64,000 nt of DNA, taken from positions 4,416,001 through 4,480,000 of the forward strand of contig OY970067.1 of assembly GCA_963705305.1 (NCBI GenBank), in the 5' to 3' direction. The notes beneath the pieces are model-generated. The model made no database searches, was not told the origin of the DNA, and saw only the letters and a program-made list of their open reading frames with translations. Of this stretch, positions 37,351 through 46,927 are shown in pieces (the first letter of the stretch is position 1; every line of letters begins with the position of its first letter). The stretch comes from an uncultured Methylomirabilota bacterium (GTDB lineage Bacteria; Methylomirabilota; Methylomirabilia; Methylomirabilales; 2-02-FULL-66-22). The position numbers and the translations under genes were made by a program.

Positions 37351-38460
37351 TCAGCTGACGGAGACGCCGAGGAGGCGGGACAGCTCCGCCCCGCCCTCCA
37401 CGATCTCCAGATCGATTCCCACCGCCCCGATCGGAACGAGCCCCGGCAGCTGCCCGCCCAGCCGGACCGCGTCCTTCTCGGTCGTCAGGACCCATTCCGC
37501 GCCAGCCGCCCGTGCCTCTTCCTGCACGCTGGAAAGCTCGCCCACGGTGTACGGGTGGTGGTCGGGAAAGGCCCGGGACCCGGCGATGCGGCCGCCCAGC
37601 TCTCGCAGCGTCCCGAGGAAGCTTTCGGCGTTGGCGATGCCGCTCATCGCGAACACCCGCGCGCCCTTCAGCACGGACGGCTCCAGGCCGCGCCCCGATC
37701 TGAGGTCGGTCAGGCGCCCCGGCCGGTGCACTGCGCAGCCCACGGGGAGGTCCGGCGCCAGTGACGCGATCCGCAGCCGCAGGTCATGCAGACCCCCGGC
37801 CTGGTCCACCCGGGTCACCAGCACCGCCTGGGCCCTGCGCAGCCCGCGCGCCGGTTCGCGCAGCCGCCCCCGCGGCAACAGGAAGCTCAGACCGAACGGG
37901 TCGGTCGCATCCAGCAGGACCACGTCCACGTCCCGCTGCAGCCGCCGGTGCTGGAATCCGTCGTCCAGGAGGAGCACCTCCGCGCCAAACCGCTCGATCG
38001 CCAGGCGGCCGGCCTGGACCCGGTCTCCGCCCACGATGACCGGAACCTCCGGCAGCCGCCGCGCCAGGAGCACGGCCTCGTCGCCGGCCTCCCGCCAGCC
38101 CAGCCGCACTGTCCGGCCGTCGGACACCACGTCGATGCCCGTCCCACCCCCCCGCCCGTACCCGCGGAGCAGGATGGCCGGCCGCACGCCCGCCTCCACG
38201 AGGCGCCGCGCGAGGAGCATGGTCGCGGGTGTCTTGCCGGTGCCCCCCGTAGTCAGATTCCCGATGCAGATCACCCGGCACGGAAGGCGATGGCCGCGAA
38301 GGAGACCGCTGTTGTACGCGGCATTGCGCAGTCCGACCGCCGCGCCGTAGCCGGCGGCCGCCACGACCAGGAAGCCGCGCGCGGCCCGCTGGCCCATCGT
38401 GGGGGCCGGGGATGCCACCGCCTGCTGAACCCGATCGAGAAGCCACGCCGGCACGCTCAT
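37351..38460 (-). CDS. lpxK: Tetraacyldisaccharide 4'-kinase
   Basis: IGNLTTGGTGKTP, RGYG, GDE, DDGFQH, FPDHH, TTEKDAV motifs. Confidence 0.95.
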   Translation of the reverse strand: MSVPAWLLDRVQQAVASPAPTMGQRAARGFLVVAAAGYGAAVGLRNAAYNSGLLRGHRLPCRVICIGNLTTGGTGKTPATMLLARRLVEAGVRPAILLRGYGRGGGTGIDVVSDGRTVRLGWREAGDEAVLLARRLPEVPVIVGGDRVQAGRLAIERFGAEVLLLDDGFQHRRLQRDVDVVLLDATDPFGLSFLLPRGRLREPARGLRRAQAVLVTRVDQAGGLHDLRLRIASLAPDLPVGCAVHRPGRLTDLRSGRGLEPSVLKGARVFAMSGIANAESFLGTLRELGGRIAGSRAFPDHHPYTVGELSSVQEEARAAGAEWVLTTEKDAVRLGGQLPGLVPIGAVGIDLEIVEGGAELSRLLGVSVS

Positions 38461-39722
38461 AGAAGATCGCCCACCACGTCCGCGGTCCGCCGGGTGGCGC
38501 CTCGATGGCTCTCCACGATGGCCCGGCCGGCCCGCCCCATGCGGTCCGCCCGGGCCGGGTCGTCCAGCAGCGCCTCCAGCTGGCTCTGCAACGCCGCCGC
38601 GCCTCCTACCTCGACCGCCGCGCCGTGCGCCTGGAAGGCGTCCCGGATCTGGGCGAAATTCCCCATGTAGGGGCCGTGGATCACGGGGCGGGCGACGGCC
38701 GCCGGCTCCAGGATGTTCTGCCCCCCGTGCGGGATCAGGCTCCCCCCGATGAAGACGACGCTGGCCGCCCCGTACAGGCCCGCCAGCTCGCCCATGGTGT
38801 CCAGCAGGATCACGGCGCCCGCCTGGCATCCGGCGCCCGGTAATCCGCTCCGCCTCACCACGGAAAGTCCCATGCGGCGCGCCAGCCGCTCCACCTCTTC
38901 CAGCCGCTCGGGATGCCGCGGGGCCAGCAGGAGGCAGAGATCCGGCCGCCCGGCCCGCGTCGCGCCGAAGGCGGTCAGCACCGCCTCTTCCTCTCCCCGG
39001 TGCGTGCTGCCCGCAACCACCAGGCGGCACTCGGGAGGCAGGCCCAGGCCGGCGCGGACTGAGGCCGCATCCGGCTTTCCCTCCAGCGTGGGAAGGTCGT
39101 ACTTCAGATTGCCCACCACCCGCACCCGCTCGGCGGGCGCCCCCAGAGCCAGGATGCGCTCCGCATCCTCCTGGCTTTGCATGCAGAAGACCCGGACATC
39201 CCGCAGGACCCGGCCGAACCAGCGCCGGACCGCGCGGTATCGCGGAAAGGAGCGGGGCGAGATGCGCCCGTTGATAACCACCACCGGAATTCCCCGCGCC
39301 GCGCAGGCTGCCAGGAAATTCGGCCACAACTCGGTCTCCGTCAGCAGGACCAGGCGCGGCCGCACCCGATCCAGGGCCGACCCCACCGCCCAGCCGAAGT
39401 CCAGCGGGAAAAAGAGAAAGCGGGCGGCCGGCAGCCGCTGCTCGGCCACCGCGCGGCCGGTCTCGGTCACGGTCGAGGCCAAGAGCGGCACGTCCGGGCG
39501 TCGGGCCGCAAGCTCGCGGGCCAGCGGGGCGGCCGCCATCACCTCGCCAACCGAGACCGTATGGAGCCAGAGGGGCGGCACCGCACCCTCCCAGGGGGCC
39601 ATCCGCCCCAACCGCTCGCCCAGCCCCCGGCGATACTTGCCACGCACGAGGGCCTGGGCGGCAAAGGCCGGCAGCCCCGCCAGGTAAAACAGGCTCAGCC
39701 CCACGCTGTACAGCCAGTACAT
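38457..39722 (-). CDS. waaA: 3-deoxy-D-manno-octulosonic acid transferase
   Basis: WLHTVSVGE, ETELWPN, GNLKYD, GSTHRGEE, APRHPER, GGQNILEPA motifs. Confidence 0.95.
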   Translation of the reverse strand: MYWLYSVGLSLFYLAGLPAFAAQALVRGKYRRGLGERLGRMAPWEGAVPPLWLHTVSVGEVMAAAPLARELAARRPDVPLLASTVTETGRAVAEQRLPAARFLFFPLDFGWAVGSALDRVRPRLVLLTETELWPNFLAACAARGIPVVVINGRISPRSFPRYRAVRRWFGRVLRDVRVFCMQSQEDAERILALGAPAERVRVVGNLKYDLPTLEGKPDAASVRAGLGLPPECRLVVAGSTHRGEEEAVLTAFGATRAGRPDLCLLLAPRHPERLEEVERLARRMGLSVVRRSGLPGAGCQAGAVILLDTMGELAGLYGAASVVFIGGSLIPHGGQNILEPAAVARPVIHGPYMGNFAQIRDAFQAHGAAVEVGGAAALQSQLEALLDDPARADRMGRAGRAIVESHRGATRRTADVVGDLL

Positions 39723-39743
39723 CCGGATCTCCCCTGCGAACGC

Positions 39744-40122
39744 GCATGCAGCATGGCGCATGGCGCGAAGACCAGGGACCCAGCCCTCAAGGCACCTGGC
39801 TGTCTGCCCTCCGCCCTATGCCCTATGCTCCGTGCTCCCCCTCGCCCCCCTGTTATCCTTTGCGACCTCTGCGTGCTTTGCGTGAAAACATTCCGAGTCT
39901 CACGCAAAGATCACCATTACCAGTATGCAGTAGGCAGAGGTCAGAAGTCAGGGGGCAGAAGTCAGCCTCCAGCCAAAACTGTTCTACTTTGCGACCTTTG
40001 CGGCTTGGCGTGAGGTGCCTGCTCTTGCCTTCTCGTGCGCTCGTACGCTCTTGTTCTTTCGCCCCTGCTCCCCCTCTCCCCCTCTCCCCGGCTCCCTTCC
40101 GCCTACCCGCCCCTGGCCAGCC
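39744..40122. repeat. Repeat cassette: inverted GCATGGC/GCCCTATGC arms, a 9-mer hairpin, and the 220-bp repeat copy 2 (39903-40122)
   Basis: gcatggcgcatggcgc...gccctatgccctatgc; ctttgcgtga...tcacgcaaag; near-identity to 29961-30180. Confidence 0.9.
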
Positions 40123-40780
40123 AGTCCGCTTGCGCCGTCAGCGCGTCCAGCCGCTCCGCGACCAGCCCTTGAAACCGCTCGTGCTCCGGGTCGGTGATCT
40201 CGGAGGGCACATAGATCGGCTCCCCCCACGCGTACACCCCCCGGGCAAAGGGATGCGGGACCAGGAACTCATCCCAGCTGTTCAATAGGGTCCGCGGCCA
40301 GGCGCCGAAGGACACCGGCAGAATCGCCATCCCGGAAAGGCGCGACAGCTCAACAACGCCGGACTTCACGCGCCGCCGCGGCCCCTTGGGCCCGTCGGGC
40401 GTGATGGCCACATTCGACTCACTGCGCAGAACCTGGACGAGCCGGCGAAAGGCGCGGGCACCGCCCCGCGTGGCCGATCCCCGGACCACCGAGAATCCCA
40501 GCCGACCCGCAATCCTGGCGATGTACTCGCCGTCCCGGTGCTGGCTGATCAGAATGGCGGCAGACTGGCTGCGATACGCGAACGGCATCATGAGCAGCCG
40601 CCCGTGCCAGAAAGTGACGATGACCCGCTCGCCCCTGGCCCAGCACGCCTCGGGGTGCTCGCGGCCGATATCACGCCGCCTGATCGCGGCGTATCCCAGC
40701 CGCATCAGGGCGCAGGCAACGGGGGGCGCGACGGAAAGACTGAGGTTCCAGTCCCGGGGGGACAAAATGCGGGCGCGCAT
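40103..40780 (-). CDS. DUF374 / lysophospholipid acyltransferase family protein
   Basis: FWHGRLL, SQHRDGE, RGSA, TPDGPKGP, SWD.F.VP.PF motifs. Confidence 0.88.
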   Translation of the reverse strand: MRARILSPRDWNLSLSVAPPVACALMRLGYAAIRRRDIGREHPEACWARGERVIVTFWHGRLLMMPFAYRSQSAAILISQHRDGEYIARIAGRLGFSVVRGSATRGGARAFRRLVQVLRSESNVAITPDGPKGPRRRVKSGVVELSRLSGMAILPVSFGAWPRTLLNSWDEFLVPHPFARGVYAWGEPIYVPSEITDPEHERFQGLVAERLDALTAQADWLARGG

Positions 40781-40794
40781 GGCGGAGGGCCCGC

Positions 40795-42093
40795 TCACGA
40801 CGCCGGGAGCAGGGCCAGGACCTCGCGGGCGGCGCGCTCGGCCGCGCCGCCCGATCCCAGCCGGCGCCGGACGTCTTCCAAGGCCGCCCGCATTCGATCC
40901 TGCCGCTCCGACGAGTTCAGGATATCCAGGGCAGTCGCCGCCAGGCGCTCCGGCGTGGCTGCGAACTGGATCAGCTCCGGCACAATGGGCCCGCCCGCCA
41001 CCAGGTTGGGCAGCCCGATGAAGCGGACCCGGATCAGCAGGCGTGCCAGGATCCAGGATAGGAGTCCCACCCGGTACGTGACGATCATGGGGGTGCCGAG
41101 GATCGCCGCCTCCAGGGTCACGGTGCCCGAGACCGCCAGGACCAGGTCCGAGGCGCGAATCACCTCGGCTGTTTGCCCTCGGACGACCGTCACGGGGAGG
41201 TCCAGGCCGCGCGAGGCCTCCTCCACCTTTCCGGGGGCCAGTGTCGAGGCAGCGCCCAGCAGGACCCGGATCTCCGGCCGGGCTTTCCGCAGGCACGCCG
41301 CCCCCTGGAGCAGTAGCGGAAGGTGTCGTCGAAATTCGGCCTGGCGGCTTCCGGGCAAGAGGCCCAGGACGGGCGTCCGGTCAGGGATGCCGAGCGCCCG
41401 GCGGCAGGACTGGCGCGGCGGAACATCGGCCAGGGTATCCAGAAGCGGGTGGCCCACGAAACAGACATCCACGCCGGCTTCCCGATACAGGGGCTCCTCA
41501 AACGGAAACAGCACCAGCATCTTGCGCACCAGCCGGCGGATCGTGCGGATCCGTCCTCGCCTCCAGGCCCAGACCTGCGGACTGATAAAGTAGCAGACGG
41601 GGATGCCGAGCCGGCGGGCCGTGCGGGCCAGGAGGAGATTGAAGTCCGGAAAATCGATGCAGATCAGAAGGGCCGGCCGGGCCGCCGCCAGATGCCGTCG
41701 CAGCGTCCGGAGGGCCGTCCGGAGCTGCCGCCGTTTCTCCCACAGCTCCGTGAGCCCCACCACGGCGGTGTCGCCGGCATCGGCCAGCAGGTGAACGCCG
41801 GCCGCCTGCATCTGCGAGCCGCCCATTCCGGCCAGGACAAGGCCCGGATCCAGGCGACGCAGCGCCTCGGCCAGCCGCCCCCCGTGGAGGTCCCCGGATG
41901 CTTCCCCGGCCACCAGCACGATCCGCCTGCCCGCCGGGCCGCGCTCTCCGCTCCCCGCGGCCCGTGCCGTGTTGGGGGTTCGATATTCGAGGTTCGAGGT
42001 TCGAGGTTTCACGTTTGAACTTCGCGGTTCGCGCGTCGCGGTTCTATGTTCGAGGTTCGAGGTTTGAAAACCGACAACATCGAACCGCAGCAC
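40795..42093 (-). CDS. lpxB: Lipid-A-disaccharide synthase (start uncertain; the N-terminus runs through a heptamer array)
   Basis: VAGEASGDLHG, IDFPDFN, SPQVWAWR, LPGSR, SGTVTLE motifs. Confidence 0.92.
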   Translation of the reverse strand: MLRFDVVGFQTSNLEHRTATREPRSSNVKPRTSNLEYRTPNTARAAGSGERGPAGRRIVLVAGEASGDLHGGRLAEALRRLDPGLVLAGMGGSQMQAAGVHLLADAGDTAVVGLTELWEKRRQLRTALRTLRRHLAAARPALLICIDFPDFNLLLARTARRLGIPVCYFISPQVWAWRRGRIRTIRRLVRKMLVLFPFEEPLYREAGVDVCFVGHPLLDTLADVPPRQSCRRALGIPDRTPVLGLLPGSRQAEFRRHLPLLLQGAACLRKARPEIRVLLGAASTLAPGKVEEASRGLDLPVTVVRGQTAEVIRASDLVLAVSGTVTLEAAILGTPMIVTYRVGLLSWILARLLIRVRFIGLPNLVAGGPIVPELIQFAATPERLAATALDILNSSERQDRMRAALEDVRRRLGSGGAAERAAREVLALLPAS

Positions 42094-42102
42094 CTAGAAC
42101 CG
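41976..42102. repeat. Palindromic GGTTCGA heptamer array
   Basis: ggttcga/gttcgag tandem units followed by the inverted tcgaacc/tagaacc units. Confidence 0.88.
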
Positions 42103-42111
42103 CCATTCCCA

Positions 42112-43051
42112 TCACAGCCGCGCGATGATCTGGCTGGCTACCGCTACCGCCTCCCGGCCCGCCTCGCCCGAGACCAGCGGCGGGCGCCGCGTCCGGACGC
42201 TGTCCACGAACTCCACCAGCTCTTGGCGCAACGGCTCCACCCGTTCCACGGGGACCTCGATCCGGGTCAGATGGGATGTCCCGGGGCCGTCGCCGGCCAC
42301 TTGGCGGAAAAGGCTCAGCTCCTGGGCGGCGTAGTCCAGCACGAAGTAGGTGTCCCGCTGGAAGACCCGGATCTTGCGCAGGCGTTCGCCGGTGACGCGG
42401 CTGGCGGTGATATTGGCCACGCAGCCGGACGCGAATTCCAGGCGGGCGTTGGCGATGTCCACCCGGTCCGAGATGACCGGAACCCCCACGGCACTGACCG
42501 CCGTGACCGGCGATTTGACCAGCGTCAGCACGATGTCGATGTCGTGGATCATCAGATCCAGGACCACATCCACGTCCGTGCCGCGGCCCGGGAAGGGACC
42601 CATCCGGTGGACCTCGATGAATCCGGGATCCTGGACCTGCGTCACCAGGACTTGAAACGCCCCGTTGTACCGCTCGCTGTGACCGACCTGCAGGATCCGC
42701 CCGCCGGATTCTCGCCAGGGACACCAGGTCGTCGGCCTCGGCCAGCGTCCGCGTGATGGGCTTCTCCACCATCACGTCGCTCCCGGCCGCGAGAAAGTCC
42801 CGTGCGATCGGGTGATGGACTCCCGTGGGAACCGCCACGCTGACCGCGTCCACCCGCCCCAGCAGCTCCCGGTAGTCGGCGAGCGCCGGCACGTTGTACC
42901 GGCTTCCAGTCTCGCGCCGGCGGGCCTCGGAGGTGTCCACGACAGCAGTCAGCTCCACATCCGGCAGGTCGGCATAGATCCGGGCGTGGTGCTGCCCCAG
43001 GTGGCCCACCCCCACCACTGCCACTTTCACTGGCTGGCGCTGTTCGTCCAT
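42112..43051 (-). CDS. Gfo/Idh/MocA oxidoreductase (GnnA-like), split by a 1-bp frameshift near 42710
   Basis: VGVGHLG..H and VEKP in one frame; ILQVGHSERYN and DVVLDLMIHDID in the other. Sits between lpxI and lpxB. Confidence 0.85.
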
Positions 43052-43136
43052 CGGCTGCCCATACACCGTCGAGCCCGCTCGGCCGCCGGGGTACCGGTGC
43101 TGCCGGACACCCCCGGTTGCCGCCGCGGCCCGTATC

Positions 43137-43937
43137 TTAGTCGGCCACCACGGCCAAGTCCAGCCGGTCCGCCTCGGCCACAAACTGCTCCCGGTCGATG
43201 AGGAGGGTGCGCCCCGCGTCCAGGGCCAGCGCCGTGGCGCTGGCCTCCCGCAGGGCGACCAGCGTGTCCGGCCCGACCGTGGGCAAATCGAAGCGAAGAT
43301 CCTGGTCGGGACGCCCCACCTTGACGACAACCACCCCGCCTCGCCCCAGCTCGCCGCCGCGGCGCACGGCCGCGTCCGTTCCCTCCACCGATTCCACGGC
43401 CAGGATCGTCCCCTGCTTCAGGACCACCGTCTGCCCGATGCGCAGACTGGCCAGCTGCCGCGCCACCGTGCGCCCGAGGAGCATGTCCTTCTGCTCGCCC
43501 GGCAACGGCCCCCGCCGCGACAGCCGTCCGGGCCGGACCAGCAGGGGCCCCAGAAACGGCGGCGTCTCCAGGACGCGGATCCCCTCGGCGGCCAGCGCGG
43601 CCGCGATCGCCTCCAGGATGGTATCGCCGCGCAGATCGCGGGCGGCCAGCAGCACCTTTGCCCCCAGGAGGTCCGGGCGCACCTGGGAGAAGAGATGCGT
43701 GATCCGCACCTTCCCCAGCATCAGGGTTTCGACCGCCCCTTCGGCCTTGAGCGCGCGGACCACGGCCCCCAGCTGGCCCACCTGAACCCAGTGGATGGCG
43801 TCCACGTGCTCCGCCAGCGTGGGGTCGGTTTCCTCCCGCACCGCCACGGCGACGACCCGCCGGCCCTTGGCGCGCGCCTCGGCCGCGGCCACGAAGGGGA
43901 GGCGCCCGCCGCCGGCGATGATCCCCAGGCTCTCCAT
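43137..43937 (-). CDS. lpxI: UDP-2,3-diacylglucosamine pyrophosphatase
   Basis: GIIAGGG.LP, IGQTVV, AVE..EGTD, QDLRFDLPTVG motifs. Confidence 0.92.
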   Translation of the reverse strand: MESLGIIAGGGRLPFVAAAEARAKGRRVVAVAVREETDPTLAEHVDAIHWVQVGQLGAVVRALKAEGAVETLMLGKVRITHLFSQVRPDLLGAKVLLAARDLRGDTILEAIAAALAAEGIRVLETPPFLGPLLVRPGRLSRRGPLPGEQKDMLLGRTVARQLASLRIGQTVVLKQGTILAVESVEGTDAAVRRGGELGRGGVVVVKVGRPDQDLRFDLPTVGPDTLVALREASATALALDAGRTLLIDREQFVAEADRLDLAVVAD

Positions 43938-43943
43938 CGTCGT

Positions 43944-44720
43944 TTACTTGCTGACCCCGCGCCGGGATTGTTGGACGAAGTCGAGGAACCGCCTCACCTC
44001 CGGGCAGCCGCTGCCTTCCTGCTCGAGCTGGCTCAGGGCGTGGGAGGTGTTGAGGTCGGAGGCGAACACGAGGTGGTACGCATGCTTCAACGCATGAATG
44101 GTCTCGGCAGAGAATCCCTGACGCCGCAAGCCCACCAGGTTCAGCCCGTACGGCTTGGCTCGATTGCCCTGGGCCATCACGTACGGGGGAATATCCTGAA
44201 GCACGGCGGAGCACGCCCCCAGAAAGGCGAATTCTCCGACCCGGACGAACTGATGCACGCCGGTCATGCCCCCGATCAGGACGAAGCGCTCCAGCTCGAC
44301 GTGGCCGGCCAGCGACGCCTGGTTGGCCATGATCACGTGCTCGCCCAGCCGGCAGTCATGCGCCACATGGACGTAGGCCATGAGGAAACAGTCGGGTCCC
44401 ACGCTGGTCACGCCGTCGCCGCCGATGCTGGCCCGATGGACGGTGGCGAACTCCCGGATGATCGTCCGCTCGCCGATCGCGACCCGGGTCGGCTCGCCCC
44501 GGTACTTGAGGTCCTGCGGCGGCGCCCCGATGACCACATGGCTGCCGATCCGGCAGTCGGACCCGATCTCGCTGCGGCCTTCCAGAATGGTGTGACTACC
44601 GATGCTGGCTCCGGCCCCGACCCGGACCTCAGGACCGATAATCGCGTAGGGGCCGACCGTCACGTCGTCGGCCAGCTCCGCAGCCGGGTCCACCAGCGCG
44701 GCGGGATGCACGCTGCGCAC
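43944..44720 (-). CDS. lpxA: Acyl-ACP--UDP-N-acetylglucosamine O-acyltransferase
   Basis: Hexapeptide repeats; PQDLKY.GE, HVAHDC, HQFVRVG motifs. Confidence 0.95.
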   Translation of the reverse strand: MRSVHPAALVDPAAELADDVTVGPYAIIGPEVRVGAGASIGSHTILEGRSEIGSDCRIGSHVVIGAPPQDLKYRGEPTRVAIGERTIIREFATVHRASIGGDGVTSVGPDCFLMAYVHVAHDCRLGEHVIMANQASLAGHVELERFVLIGGMTGVHQFVRVGEFAFLGACSAVLQDIPPYVMAQGNRAKPYGLNLVGLRRQGFSAETIHALKHAYHLVFASDLNTSHALSQLEQEGSGCPEVRRFLDFVQQSRRGVSK

Positions 44721-44730
44721 GGGCACCCCC

Positions 44731-45201
44731 TCAGACCGCCAGCGGCATGGCGGGCTCCCCCCCGGGATTGCGATCCACCATGATCGAGCTGAGCTCGGCC
44801 TCGGCGGCGAGCTTGCCGTCCACGTAGGCACCGCCCTTCATGCGGCAGATCTGGCGACGCACCTGCAGGAACTCGACCTCGAAGCGAATCTGGTCCCCGG
44901 GGATGACCGGCCGGCGAAACCGCGCCCGGTCGATGCCGGTGAAGTACATGATCTTCTTCTCGGACTCCGCATTCAGACTCTTCATCAGGAGGAAGCCGCC
45001 CACCTGCGCCATGGCCTCGATGATCAGCACCCCCGGCATGATGGGATGGCCCGGAAAGTGACCGGTGAAGAAGGGCTCGTTGACGCTGACGTTCTTGATC
45101 CCCACCACCCGCTTCCCCAGCTCGATCTCCAGAATGCGGTCCACAAGGAGAAAGGGATACCGGTGCGGGAGGAATTCCTGAATCTCCTTTTGACCGAACA
45201 T
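44731..45201 (-). CDS. fabZ: 3-hydroxyacyl-ACP dehydratase
   Basis: [32 protein letters not shown]. Alternative start at 45219. Confidence 0.96.
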   Translation of the reverse strand: MFGQKEIQEFLPHRYPFLLVDRILEIELGKRVVGIKNVSVNEPFFTGHFPGHPIMPGVLIIEAMAQVGGFLLMKSLNAESEKKIMYFTGIDRARFRRPVIPGDQIRFEVEFLQVRRQICRMKGGAYVDGKLAAEAELSSIMVDRNPGGEPAMPLAV

Positions 45202-45215
45202 GGCGTGCTCCCCCG

Positions 45216-46250
45216 TCATTGCTCGATGTCCGATAGCCGCCGTTCCAGAGCGGCCAGACGCTCTTCCAGGGTCTGCAGGGCCCGTCGCAGCAGGGGCAGC
45301 CGCGCGAGTGCCGCCAGTTGCCGCTTGAACTCCGTGTGAGGCATCGCCGGCGACCCCAGGACGACCGACCCCTCCGGGATATCCTTGCTCACGCCCGACT
45401 GTGCGCCGACGATCACGTTGTCCCCGATGCTGACATGATCCACGATCCCGACCTGCCCCGCCAGGGTGACCCCGGAGCCGATCCGGGTGCTGCCCGAGAT
45501 CCCCACCTGGGCCACGATGATGGAGTCCTGGCCGACCCGCACGTTGTGGGCGATTTGCACCAGGTTGTCGATCTTGGTGCCGCGACCGATGCGCGTCTCC
45601 CCCAGGGTGGCGCGGTCCACGGTCACGTTGGCCCCGATCTCCACGTCGTCCTCCACCACCACCCCGCCCACCTGTGGGATTTTCACGTGCTGCCGCCCGT
45701 CCCGCACGTAGCCGAAGCCGTCCGCCCCGAGGACGGTCCCGCTGTGAATCCGCACCCGGTCGCCCAGCCGGGTGCCCTCCCGCAAGGTCACCTGGGGAAA
45801 GATCCAGCACTCCCGGCCGATGCGGACGCCCGCCCCCACCCAGACCTGCCCTTCCAGCACCGACCCCGCCCCGACTTCGGCCCCGCCCCCTACCACGCAG
45901 AGCGGGCCCACCCAGGCCCGCTTGTCGATGCGGGCGGCGGCCGCCACCACAGCCGTCGGATGCACGCCGGGCGGCGGGACGGCCGAGGGGTGGAACAGCT
46001 GGAGGGCCCGGGCGAACGCCAGGTGGGGGTTGGCGGCGCGCAGGGCCGGCCGGTCCACCGCCGGCAGCCCCTCCGCCAGAATGACCGCCGCGGCCCGCGA
46101 CTCGGCCAGGCGCGGGAGGTAGCGGGCCTCCGCCACCAGCGCCAGATCGCCGGGGCCGGCCTCCTCCAGGCCGCAGATGCCGGTGATTTCCGCCCCCGCG
46201 TCCCCCTCCAGCCGGCAGCTCAGCCGCTCGGCCACCTCGATGAGCCGCAA
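45216..46250 (-). CDS. lpxD: UDP-3-O-acyl-glucosamine N-acyltransferase
   Basis: [28 protein letters not shown] motifs; TTG start. Confidence 0.95.
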   Translation of the reverse strand: MRLIEVAERLSCRLEGDAGAEITGICGLEEAGPGDLALVAEARYLPRLAESRAAAVILAEGLPAVDRPALRAANPHLAFARALQLFHPSAVPPPGVHPTAVVAAAARIDKRAWVGPLCVVGGGAEVGAGSVLEGQVWVGAGVRIGRECWIFPQVTLREGTRLGDRVRIHSGTVLGADGFGYVRDGRQHVKIPQVGGVVVEDDVEIGANVTVDRATLGETRIGRGTKIDNLVQIAHNVRVGQDSIIVAQVGISGSTRIGSGVTLAGQVGIVDHVSIGDNVIVGAQSGVSKDIPEGSVVLGSPAMPHTEFKRQLAALARLPLLRRALQTLEERLAALERRLSDIEQ

Positions 46251-46291
46251 CGTCCGCCCCCCTTCCGAAGGATCGCGTCCCCGGTCCCGGA

Positions 46292-46837
46292 CTACTTCCC
46301 CTTGCCGTCGAAGCGCTTGATGATGTCCGCCGTCACATCGGTGGCGGGCGCCACGTAGATCACCCCGTTCTGGCGGGCCAGAATCATGCTGAACCCTTGA
46401 TCGTTCCCATACTCCCGAATGGTGGCGAAGATCGACCGGGTGATCTCCATCTCCGCCTCCTGAACTCTCTTCTCGAAGTCGCGGCTGGAATCCTCGGCCG
46501 TTCGCTGGAGGTCCCGGACCTTCTTCTGAAGCTCGTCCGCCTTGTCCCGCTTGGCCTGATCGCTCAGCACCGCCCCCTGCTTTTCCAGATCCGCCTGCAT
46601 CTTGGCCAGTGCCTGCTGCTGGGCGTCCAGGTCCCGCTGACGGGCCTGGCGCTCTTGCTCCAATTTCTGCCTGGCCGCGATCCCCCGCTGCGACTCGTCC
46701 AGGACCCGCTGAACGTCCACCACCCCGATGCGTAGCGGCTGGGCGGCGGCCGCCCAAACCGGCCCCGCCCACGCCAGGAGCCACCCACACATCGCCAAAG
46801 CCATGGCCGCACGGCCCCAGGAAAATGCCTTGCTCAC
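46292..46837 (-). CDS. skp: OmpH/Skp periplasmic chaperone
   Basis: Signal peptide, [10 protein letters not shown], coiled coil, DVT.DII motif; directly downstream of bamA. Confidence 0.9.
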   Translation of the reverse strand: MSKAFSWGRAAMALAMCGWLLAWAGPVWAAAAQPLRIGVVDVQRVLDESQRGIAARQKLEQERQARQRDLDAQQQALAKMQADLEKQGAVLSDQAKRDKADELQKKVRDLQRTAEDSSRDFEKRVQEAEMEITRSIFATIREYGNDQGFSMILARQNGVIYVAPATDVTADIIKRFDGKGK

Positions 46838-46927
46838 GTTCGCTGCCTCCTGTGCTGCACGAATGATCGTGGATTCGACCCGGGTCGGTGCGCCGGCGGA
46901 TCGCCCGGGACCCGCCGGGCGTCCGGT

